Program-made: the position numbers and the translations under genes
Notes under the pieces: model-generated
Database searches by the model: none
What the model was told of the DNA's origin: nothing
What the model saw: only the letters and a program-made list of their open reading frames with translations
Assembly (NCBI GenBank): GCA_963630025.1
Contig: CAVGKZ010000089.1
Location: 14-64,013, forward strand
From: a bacterium
GTDB lineage: Bacteria > Bacteroidota > Bacteroidia > Bacteroidales > Bacteroidaceae
Reading direction: 5' to 3'
DNA: 64,000 bases
In this document: piece by piece, positions 56,323 to 64,000 of the stretch
Numbering within the stretch: position 1 is the first letter of the stretch
How the letters are laid out: each line of letters opens with the position of its first letter

Positions 56323-57051
56323 ATGAACAAAATAAGATGTCTTGCCATCGACGACGAGCCGCTTGCACTGAAGCAACTGGCCGCCTATCTGTCCAAAGTA
56401 CCGTTTTTCGAAGTCGTCGGTTGCTGCCAGAGCGCGCTGGAAGCCATACCCTTGCTGGACAACCAGTCCATCGACGCCATCTTTATAGACATAAACATGC
56501 CCGACCTCAACGGCATGGACTTCGTGAAGTCGTTGCAGCATCCGCCCTTGATTGTCTTCACCACGGCCTATCAGGAGTATGCCATCGACGGATTTAAGGT
56601 CGACGCCATCGACTACCTGCTGAAGCCTTTCGGCATGGGCGACATAATGGTGGCAGCCGACAAGGTGAAGCGGCAGTACGACCTGCTCCATGCAGCCAGC
56701 GTAGCCCCAGTGGACAAGGACGAGACCATCTTCCTGAAGTCCGACTACCGTGTGGTTCGAATACAGATACACGACATTCTATACATCGAGGGTATGGCCG
56801 AATACCTTCGCATACATCTGTCCGACGGAAGCAAACCCATAACGGTGCTGCTCAGCATGAAGAAGATTGAAGAGCGTCTCGCCGGTTTCGACTTCATGCG
56901 CATACACAAGTCGTACATCGTCAACTTGCGCCACATCGCGGAAATCAACCGAAGCCGCATCATCCTCAACGGCGGCCAAGACCTCCCCATTGGCGACAGC
57001 TACCGTGACGCTCTGAACAATTACGTCAGCGGCAAATTCCTCGGCAAGTAG
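56323..57051 (+). CDS. LytTR-family DNA-binding response regulator
   Basis: Receiver domain (..LAIDDEP.., ..IFIDINMPDLNG.., ..YLLKPF..) plus a LytTR domain (..ILYIEGMAEYLRIHL..IHKSYIVN..). Confidence 0.85.
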   Translation: MNKIRCLAIDDEPLALKQLAAYLSKVPFFEVVGCCQSALEAIPLLDNQSIDAIFIDINMPDLNGMDFVKSLQHPPLIVFTTAYQEYAIDGFKVDAIDYLLKPFGMGDIMVAADKVKRQYDLLHAASVAPVDKDETIFLKSDYRVVRIQIHDILYIEGMAEYLRIHLSDGSKPITVLLSMKKIEERLAGFDFMRIHKSYIVNLRHIAEINRSRIILNGGQDLPIGDSYRDALNNYVSGKFLGK

Positions 57052-57109
57052 ACACGACCTGTTTTGCTAAGAAAGTCCATCTCCTTGCAAAACCGTCTAA
57101 ATATCCACT

Positions 57110-57182
57110 CAAAAAGATTGCATATATTTTTGTCGAAAATGCATGCAATCTTTGGCAAAGATCGATACAATCTTTTTGAGCA
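57110..57182 (+). repeat. family B repeat (shorter copy)
   Basis: aaaaagattgcatatatttttgtc / gaaaatgcatgcaatctttggc / aaagatcgatacaatctttttgagc, colinear with 4155-4252. Confidence 0.65.
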
Positions 57183-57305
57183 ACGATTCCCTTGTTTTTT
57201 GCCTTAAAGTTATCATGATGCCCAGCGTCAGGCCAGATTGTTGCGTTTTAACGGTTTTTGCCGCAAAAAACTTACTGTTTACTTGTTTATTCAACCAATT
57301 ATGGC

Positions 57306-57313
57306 TAACTTTG
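57306..57313 (+). promoter_or_regulatory. candidate -7 box TAacTTTG for the leu leader transcript
   Basis: ggcTAacTTTGcaatcg, 25 nt upstream of the leader-peptide ATG. Confidence 0.4.
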
Positions 57314-57337
57314 CAATCGAATTTAAAGAAAATACGA

Positions 57338-57421
57338 ATGGCTCACACAGGTTTGCTACACATTATTAATATTATTATCCGACTTCAGAAGCAAGGCGGA
57401 AGTGATGAAGTGTGTGCATGA
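57338..57421 (+). CDS. candidate leu/ilv leader peptide, 27 aa (MAHTGLLHIINIIIRLQKQGGSDEVCA)
   Basis: Short ORF between the promoter box and the terminator. Residues 6-14 hold 2 Leu and 5 Ile (ttg cta cac att att aat att att atc). Confidence 0.45.
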   Translation: MAHTGLLHIINIIIRLQKQGGSDEVCA

Positions 57422-57445
57422 CTGTGGACGGCGGACATAGCTTAT

Positions 57446-57485
57446 GAACCTTTCTCACTTCAACGTGGGAAAGGTTCTTTTGTTT
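57446..57485 (+). terminator. intrinsic terminator (attenuator) 45 nt upstream of leuA
   Basis: gaacctttc(tc) / (gg)gaaaggttc forms a 9-11-bp stem with a 10-nt loop, followed by ttttgttt. Confidence 0.65.
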
Positions 57486-57529
57486 AAGGCGAGCCTCAAC
57501 GAGAAACAAAAAAAACGACAAGAAAAGAT

Positions 57530-59032
57530 ATGAGCGACAGACTTTTTATTTTTGACACCACGCTGCGCGACGGCGAGCAAGTGCCCGGATGCCAGCTTAA
57601 CACCGTTGAGAAGATACAGGTGGCCAAGCAACTGGAGCAGCTTGGTGTGGATGTCATCGAGGCTGGTTTCCCGATTTCAAGTCCTGGAGACTTCAATTCG
57701 GTGATTGAAATATCCAAGGCCGTGACGTGGCCCACCATCTGCGCACTCACGCGTGCAGTGGAAAAGGACATCGACGTGGCGGCTCAGGCTCTGCAATATG
57801 CCAAGCACAAGCGCATACATACAGGCATCGGCACGAGCGACCCGCACATAAAATACAAGTTCAACAGCAACCGCGAGGAGATAATCGAGCGTGCTGTGGC
57901 CGCCGTAAAGTACGCCAAGAAGTATGTGGAGGACGTTGAGTTCTACGCAGAGGATGCCGGACGCACCGAAAACGAGTATCTCGCCCGAGTGGTTGAGGCC
58001 GTGATAAAGGCCGGAGCCACCGTGGTTAACATTCCCGACACCACAGGCTACTGCTTGCCTTCGGAATATGGCGACAAGATAAAGTATCTCAAGGAGCACG
58101 TAGACGGCATAGACCGCGCCATCATCTCCACCCACTGCCACAACGACCTCGGCATGGCCACGGCCAACACCCTTAGCGGAGTGCTGGGCGGAGCGCGCCA
58201 GGTGGAAGTCACGATAAACGGCATCGGCGAGCGCGCCGGCAACACGTCGCTCGAAGAGATAGCCATGATACTGAAGTGTCACAAGAATATAGACATCGAC
58301 ACCAATATCAATACCACACGCATATACCCCACAAGCCGCATGGTATCAAGTCTGATGAACATGCCTGTGCAGCCCAACAAGGCCATTGTGGGTCGCAACG
58401 CCTTTGCCCACTCCAGCGGCATACACCAGGACGGTGTGCTGAAGAACGTGCAGACCTATGAGATTATGAACCCCAAAGACGTGGGATTGGATGACAACTC
58501 CATTGTGCTCACCGCCCGTTCGGGCCGTGCCGCCCTGCGCCACAGACTTAGCGTGCTTGGCGTGGACGTGGACAACGAGGACAAGCTGGACAAGATTTAC
58601 CAGAAGTTCCTCAAGTTGGCCGACAACAAGAAGGAGGTGAACGACGACGACGTGCTCATGCTGGCCGGCGCAGACACAGCCGACGCTCACGCCGTGAAGC
58701 TCGACTTCCTGCAAGTGACCACGGGCATGGGAGTGAAGAGCGTGGCAAGCATCGGTCTCGACATATCGGGACAGAAGTTTGAGGAAGCATCCACAGGCAA
58801 CGGCCCTGTCGATGCGGCCATCAAGGCTCTGAAGAAGATAATCCAAAAGCGCATGACCCTGAAGGAATTCACCATCCAGGCCATAAGCAAGGGGTCGGAC
58901 GACGTGGGCAAGGTACACATGCAGGTGGAGTATGACGGCAGCGTCTACTACGGCTTCGGAGCCAACACCGACATCGTTACCGCTTCGGTTGAAGCATATA
59001 TAGACTGCATAAACAAGTTCAGAAACAAATAA
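57530..59032 (+). CDS. leuA: 2-isopropylmalate synthase
   Basis: [11 protein letters not shown].., ..[12 protein letters not shown].. and a C-terminal LeuA-dimer regulatory domain. Confidence 0.9.
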   Translation: MSDRLFIFDTTLRDGEQVPGCQLNTVEKIQVAKQLEQLGVDVIEAGFPISSPGDFNSVIEISKAVTWPTICALTRAVEKDIDVAAQALQYAKHKRIHTGIGTSDPHIKYKFNSNREEIIERAVAAVKYAKKYVEDVEFYAEDAGRTENEYLARVVEAVIKAGATVVNIPDTTGYCLPSEYGDKIKYLKEHVDGIDRAIISTHCHNDLGMATANTLSGVLGGARQVEVTINGIGERAGNTSLEEIAMILKCHKNIDIDTNINTTRIYPTSRMVSSLMNMPVQPNKAIVGRNAFAHSSGIHQDGVLKNVQTYEIMNPKDVGLDDNSIVLTARSGRAALRHRLSVLGVDVDNEDKLDKIYQKFLKLADNKKEVNDDDVLMLAGADTADAHAVKLDFLQVTTGMGVKSVASIGLDISGQKFEEASTGNGPVDAAIKALKKIIQKRMTLKEFTIQAISKGSDDVGKVHMQVEYDGSVYYGFGANTDIVTASVEAYIDCINKFRNK

Positions 59033-59077
59033 CTATAACGGGGCAACCGCAGGGTTGCGCCCCCAAAAGACAAGCAA

Positions 59078-60472
59078 ATGAATACTTTATTCGACAAGAT
59101 TTGGGACAAACACGTTGTGCAGGTGGTTGAAGACGGCCCTACGCAACTGTACATAGACAGGCTTTACTGCCACGAAGTGACATCGCCGCAGGCTTTCGAC
59201 GGCATGAGGGCAAGGGGACTGAAGTGTTTTCGCCCCAAGCAGATATACTGCATGCCCGACCACAACACACCAACCCACGACCAGGATAAGCCGATAGAAG
59301 ACCCCGTGTCGAAGAAACAGGTGGACACGCTGGCCAAGAACGCGGCCGAGTTCGGTCTTGAGCACTTCGGCATGATGTCGCCCGACAACGGCATCATACA
59401 CGTTGTGGGCCCCGAGAAGGGACTGTCGCTGCCAGGCATGACCATCGTTTGCGGCGACTCGCACACCTCCACCCACGGAGCAATGGGCGCAGTGGCCTTC
59501 GGCATAGGCACGAGCGAGGTGGAGATGGTGATGGCCTCGCAGTGCATATTGCAGCAGAAGCCTAAGTCGATGCGCATAAGCGTCAACGGCCAACTGGCCA
59601 AGGGCGTGACGGCAAAGGACATCGCCCTGTTCCTCATGTCGAAGCTCACCACATCGGGAGCCACGGGCTATTTCGTGGAATATGCCGGCGACGCAGTGAA
59701 GAACCTGTCGATGGAAGGTCGCCTCACGCTCTGCAACCTGTCGATAGAGATGGGAGCCAGAGGCGGTTTCATAGCCCCCGACGAGACGACGTTCGCCTAT
59801 CTTAAAGGGCGCGAGCACGCTCCAAAGGGTGAGGAGTGGGACAAGGCTGTGGCCTATTGGCGCACGCTGAAGAGCGGAGACGATGCTGTGTTCGACAAGG
59901 AACTGGCGTTCGATGCGGCCGATATAGAACCTCGCATAACCTACGGCACCAACCCCGGCATGGGCATCGGCATAACCGAGTGCATCCCCACGCTCGAAAG
60001 CATCGACGAAGCCGGCAAGGCATCGTTTGCGAAGTCGCTCGAATACATGGGCTTCAAACCTGGCGAAAAGCTTCTCGGCCACAAGATAGACTACGTGTTC
60101 CTCGGCGCTTGCACCAATGGTCGCATTGAAGACTTCCGCGCATTTGCCTCGCTGGTGAAGGGCAAGCACAAAGCGGATGGCGTGACAGCATGGCTCGTGC
60201 CAGGTTCGTGGCTTGTTGACAAGCAGATAAGGGAAGAGGGTCTCGACAAGGTATTGGCCGAGGCGGGTTTCGCCATACGCCAACCGGGATGCTCGGCTTG
60301 CTTGGCCATGAACGACGACAAGATTCCGGCAGGCAAGTATTCTGTATCAACAAGCAACCGCAACTTCGAGGGGCGTCAGGGTCCCGGCGCGCGCACCATA
60401 TTGGCATCACCTCTTGTGGCCGCCGCGGCTGCCATAACAGGCGAGATAACCGACCCACGAACACTCATGTAA
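59078..60472 (+). CDS. leuC: 3-isopropylmalate dehydratase large subunit
   Basis: Aconitase-family blocks ..[12 protein letters not shown].., ..[10 protein letters not shown].. and ..GCSACLAMN... Confidence 0.9.
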   Translation: MNTLFDKIWDKHVVQVVEDGPTQLYIDRLYCHEVTSPQAFDGMRARGLKCFRPKQIYCMPDHNTPTHDQDKPIEDPVSKKQVDTLAKNAAEFGLEHFGMMSPDNGIIHVVGPEKGLSLPGMTIVCGDSHTSTHGAMGAVAFGIGTSEVEMVMASQCILQQKPKSMRISVNGQLAKGVTAKDIALFLMSKLTTSGATGYFVEYAGDAVKNLSMEGRLTLCNLSIEMGARGGFIAPDETTFAYLKGREHAPKGEEWDKAVAYWRTLKSGDDAVFDKELAFDAADIEPRITYGTNPGMGIGITECIPTLESIDEAGKASFAKSLEYMGFKPGEKLLGHKIDYVFLGACTNGRIEDFRAFASLVKGKHKADGVTAWLVPGSWLVDKQIREEGLDKVLAEAGFAIRQPGCSACLAMNDDKIPAGKYSVSTSNRNFEGRQGPGARTILASPLVAAAAAITGEITDPRTLM

Positions 60473-60539
60473 TATATATAAAGGTATAGCCAATGGCCGA
60501 CGCACAACCACCGACCACGGCAAAACGCAAGAAAAGAAC

Positions 60540-61130
60540 ATGAAACAGAAATTCGACATCATAACAAGTACGTGTGTGCCACTGCCGCTTGAGAATGTGG
60601 ACACCGACCAGATAATACCCGCACGATTCCTCAAAGCCACCGACAAGAAGGGCTTCGGCGACAACCTGTTCCGCGACTGGCGCTACGAGAAGGACGGAAC
60701 GCCGAAGAAGGACTTCGTGCTCAACGACCCACGCTATGGCGGATGCATACTCGTGGCAGGCAAAAACTTCGGCTCCGGATCGAGCCGCGAGCACGCCGCA
60801 TGGGCCATCGCCGGCTACGGCTTCCGCGTGGTTATAAGCAGCTTCTTCGCCGACATACACAAGAACAACGAACTTAACAACTTCGTCCTGCCCATGGTGG
60901 TGAGCGAGAGCTTCCTTGCCGAACTGTTTGACAGCATCGCCAACGACCCCAAGACCGAGGTGGTGGTTGACCTGCCGCAGCAGACCGTGACCAACAAGGC
61001 CACAGGCCACAGCGAGAGCTTCGAGATAAACGGCTACAAGAAGCACTGCCTCATGAACGGACTTGACGACATCGACTACCTCCTGCAGAACAAGGACAAG
61101 ATAGAAGCATGGGAACAGCGCAACAAGTGA
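60540..61130 (+). CDS. leuD: 3-isopropylmalate dehydratase small subunit
   Basis: ..[13 protein letters not shown].., ..[13 protein letters not shown].. swivel-domain blocks. Confidence 0.9.
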   Translation: MKQKFDIITSTCVPLPLENVDTDQIIPARFLKATDKKGFGDNLFRDWRYEKDGTPKKDFVLNDPRYGGCILVAGKNFGSGSSREHAAWAIAGYGFRVVISSFFADIHKNNELNNFVLPMVVSESFLAELFDSIANDPKTEVVVDLPQQTVTNKATGHSESFEINGYKKHCLMNGLDDIDYLLQNKDKIEAWEQRNK

Positions 61131-62686
61131 ACAGCACTTACAAGCGCATTCCGCCGTTCATCGAGATAATGGACTGCACATTGCGCGACGGTGAGCAGAC
61201 GAGCGGCGTGTCGTTTCTGCCGCACGAGAAGCTGATGATTGCGCGCATGCTGCTCAAAGATGTCAACGTTGACCGCATCGAGGTGGCCTCGGCGCGCGTG
61301 TCCGACGGCGAGAAGGACGCCGTGAAGATGATATGCCGCTACGCCCGCCAGATAGACAAGCTGGACAGGGTGGAGGTGCTTGGCTTCGTTGACGGCAACC
61401 TCTCCATCGACTGGATTGACGACTGCGGCGGCCGGGTGGTCAACCTCTTGGCCAAGGGGTCGCTGCGCCACTGCACCCAACAGCTGCACAAGACCCCCGA
61501 AGAGCACATCGACGACATTCGCAAGTCGCTGGCCTACGCCGAGTCGAAGGGCATGACGGTCAACTTGTATCTTGAGGACTGGAGCAACGGAATGAAGGAT
61601 TCGCCAGAGTATGTCTACCAGATGGTGGACGCTTTGGCCGACTCTTGCATAAGCCGCTTCATGCTTCCCGACACGCTTGGCATCATGAACCCCTTGCAGG
61701 TGATAGAGTATTTCCGCAAGATGGTGAAACGTTATCCCAACGCCAGGTTCGACTTCCACGCCCACAACGACTACGACCTGGCCGTGAGCAACTCGCTCGC
61801 GGCGGTGCTTAGCGGTGCAAAGGGACTGCACGTCACCGTCAACGGACTGGGCGAGCGTTGCGGCAACGCCCCGCTGTCGAGCGTTCAGGTGATACTGAAG
61901 GACCAGTTCAACGCCAAGACGAGCATCAACGAGGACCGGCTCAACGACATAAGCCACCTTGTGGAGAGCTATTCGGGCATAGCCATAGCCCCCAACCAGC
62001 CCATCGTGGGCGAGAACGTGTTTACTCAAGTGGCCGGTGTGCATGCCGACGGTGACAGCAAAAACGGCCTTTACTACAACGAACTCGTGCCGGAACGCTT
62101 TGGCCGGAAGCGTGAATATGCCCTCGGCAAGAACAGCGGGCGCGCCAACATCACACGCAACCTGGAGGAACTGGGGCTTGAGCTTACGCCCGAGCAGACA
62201 CGCAGGGTGACGGCGCGCATAACCGAACTGGGCGACCGCAAGGAGATAGTGACGCAGGAAGACCTGCCGTTCATCGTGAGCGACGTGCTCAAGCACAACG
62301 CCCCCGAGGACAAGGTGAAGCTGGTGAGCTACATGGTGTCGTCGGCCTATGGCCTGAAGCCCCTCGCGAGCATCAAGGTTGACATCAACGGAAAGCAGTA
62401 TGAGGCCGACTCCACGGGCGACGGACAGTATGACGCATTCGGCAAGGCCCTGCGCAAGATATATAAGGTGACGCTCGGACGCACCTTCCCCATGCTCACC
62501 AACTATGCAGTGAGCATACCGCCAGGAGGCCGCACCGACGCCTTGGTGCAGACGGTCATCACGTGGCAGCACGGCGACAAGCTCATACGCACCCGTGGAT
62601 TGGACGCCGACCAGACCGAGGCGGCCATAAAAGCCACAATCAAGATGCTGAACATCATAGAGGAAGACGAGAGCGGGCAGCAATAG
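61109..62686 (+). CDS. cimA: second LeuA-family synthase, probably (R)-citramalate synthase (CimA-like)
   Basis: [16 protein letters not shown].., ..[13 protein letters not shown].. and a C-terminal LeuA-dimer domain. It is distinct from leuA in the same operon. Substrate assignment is by family resemblance only. Confidence 0.6.
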   Translation: MGTAQQVNSTYKRIPPFIEIMDCTLRDGEQTSGVSFLPHEKLMIARMLLKDVNVDRIEVASARVSDGEKDAVKMICRYARQIDKLDRVEVLGFVDGNLSIDWIDDCGGRVVNLLAKGSLRHCTQQLHKTPEEHIDDIRKSLAYAESKGMTVNLYLEDWSNGMKDSPEYVYQMVDALADSCISRFMLPDTLGIMNPLQVIEYFRKMVKRYPNARFDFHAHNDYDLAVSNSLAAVLSGAKGLHVTVNGLGERCGNAPLSSVQVILKDQFNAKTSINEDRLNDISHLVESYSGIAIAPNQPIVGENVFTQVAGVHADGDSKNGLYYNELVPERFGRKREYALGKNSGRANITRNLEELGLELTPEQTRRVTARITELGDRKEIVTQEDLPFIVSDVLKHNAPEDKVKLVSYMVSSAYGLKPLASIKVDINGKQYEADSTGDGQYDAFGKALRKIYKVTLGRTFPMLTNYAVSIPPGGRTDALVQTVITWQHGDKLIRTRGLDADQTEAAIKATIKMLNIIEEDESGQQ

Positions 62687-62758
62687 ATGCACTGCCGAGT
62701 CACTTTGTGAACGTCATCAATGAATAAGAAACAATAAAGACAAAAGATAAAAAAGCAA

Positions 62759-63820
62759 ATGAAACTGAAGATTGCAGTTCTGCCGGGCGATGGTATCGGA
62801 CCGGAGATTATGAAACAGGGAGTGGCCGTCTTGGACGCAGTGGCCGCCAAGTTCGGACACGAGTTTGAGTACACCGAGGCCATCTGCGGCGCGCACGCCA
62901 TCGACGAGGTGGGCGACCCCTTTCCCGAGGATACATACCAGGCATGCAAGAATGCCGACGCCGTGCTGTTCGCAGCCGTTGGCGACCCCAAGTTTGACAA
63001 CGACCCCACGGCCAAGGTGCGCCCCGAACAGGGACTGCTCGCCATGCGCAAGCGCCTCGGCCTGTTTGCCAACATACGCCCCGTGCAGACTTTCAAGTGC
63101 CTTCTGCACATGTCGCCGCTGCGCGAAGAGCTTGTTGACGGTGCCGACTTCGTCTGCATACGCGAGCTGACAGGCGGAATGTACTTCGGCGAGAAGTATC
63201 AGGACAACGACAAGGCATACGACACCAACTACTACACACGTCCGGAGATAGAGCGCATACTGCGCGTGGGCTTCGAGTATGCGCGCCGCCGGCACAACCA
63301 TTTGACTGTGGTTGACAAGGCCAACGTGCTCGCCTCAAGCCGTCTTTGGCGACAGGTGGCCAAGGAGATGGAGCCTGAATATCCCGACGTGAATGTTGAC
63401 TATATGTTTGTTGACAACGCCGCCATGCGCATGATTTCTGAACCAAAGTTCTTCGACGTGATGGTTACGGAGAACACCTTCGGCGACATACTCACCGACG
63501 AGGGCAGCTGCATATCAGGCTCAATGGGACTTCTGCCTTCTGCATCCACAGGCGAGAGCACGCCGGTGTTTGAGCCGGTGCATGGCTCTTGGCCACAGGC
63601 GGCAGGCAAGAACCTCGCCAACCCCTTGGCACAGATACTTTCGGCAGCCATGCTCCTTGAGTATTTCGACATGAAGGAAGAGGGCAAGCTCATCCGCGAG
63701 GCTGTTGACGCGTCGCTCGACGCCAATGTGCGCACGCCGGAGATACAGGTTGAGGGCGGCCAAAGCTACGGCACACGCGAAGTGGGCCAGTGGATTGCGG
63801 ACTACATCAACAAGAAGTAA
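62759..63820 (+). CDS. leuB: 3-isopropylmalate dehydrogenase
   Basis: [12 protein letters not shown].., ..[10 protein letters not shown]-type block ([13 protein letters not shown]) and ..[10 protein letters not shown]... Confidence 0.9.
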   Translation: MKLKIAVLPGDGIGPEIMKQGVAVLDAVAAKFGHEFEYTEAICGAHAIDEVGDPFPEDTYQACKNADAVLFAAVGDPKFDNDPTAKVRPEQGLLAMRKRLGLFANIRPVQTFKCLLHMSPLREELVDGADFVCIRELTGGMYFGEKYQDNDKAYDTNYYTRPEIERILRVGFEYARRRHNHLTVVDKANVLASSRLWRQVAKEMEPEYPDVNVDYMFVDNAAMRMISEPKFFDVMVTENTFGDILTDEGSCISGSMGLLPSASTGESTPVFEPVHGSWPQAAGKNLANPLAQILSAAMLLEYFDMKEEGKLIREAVDASLDANVRTPEIQVEGGQSYGTREVGQWIADYINKK

Positions 63821-63961
63821 AATCGCAATTACATCAAGATGGTTCTGTAAAATGCCATCACAACTGACAACATAATACTCTTTTGCGGCTTTCGCAATTG
63901 TCGTCATCGGCAATTGTGGAAGCCGCATCTTCATTATTATAGCCCCCACTTCCTATATACT

Positions 63962-64000
63962 ATGCGCACAATACTTCGCAAACTGCCAGTGGCCATCGCC
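63962..64000 (+). CDS. possible 5' end of a CDS running off the right edge (MRTILRKLPVAIA..)
   Basis: ATG at 63962 with an open frame to the window end. Only 13 codons are visible. Confidence 0.2.
   Translation, partial: MRTILRKLPVAIA

Overview
This 64-kb window looks like core chromosome from a Bacteroidales (Bacteroidota) genome. The taxon call rests on TAnnTTTG -7 promoter boxes ahead of many genes, a T9SS C-terminal sorting domain, lipoproteins with acidic surface-export motifs, and Bacteroides-type gene order. I call about 47 protein-coding genes, almost all housekeeping: lptB, tig-clpP-clpX, recQ, rplY-pth-hslR, purN, yhhQ-queF, lrgAB-like, an LMW phosphatase, a Pif1-like helicase, hsp20, mfd, aroB, crcB, nadB, dacB, rsmD, cls, dnaG, class I fumarase, an OadA/PycB-like carboxyltransferase, an LptD-like protein, a Kef-type antiporter, an MFS pump, a B12 uptake locus, a LytS/LytTR pair and leuA-leuCD-cimA-leuB. 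I saw no rRNA, tRNA, CRISPR array, transposase, integrase or recognisable defence or toxin cassette, and no convincing novel multi-gene protein system. The unusual content is non-coding or very small. (1) A preQ1-I-like pseudoknot abuts the yhhQ start codon. (2) A cobalamin riboswitch precedes btuB. (3) An Ile/Leu-rich leader peptide plus an intrinsic terminator (a classical attenuator layout) precedes a leu operon that also carries a citramalate-synthase-like gene. (4) The intergenic spacers are very repeat-rich, with at least five short dispersed repeat families. One is a 66-bp promoter-bearing unit present as four perfect tandem copies in front of mfd. Another is a ~185-bp element with operator- or iteron-like ~22-bp sub-repeats, present as two inverted copies 23.5 kb apart. 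(5) Two paralogous small ORFs (67 aa and an untracked 47 aa) sit next to secreted-protein genes. All functional calls come from motif recognition by eye. No database search, folding or covariance model was run.
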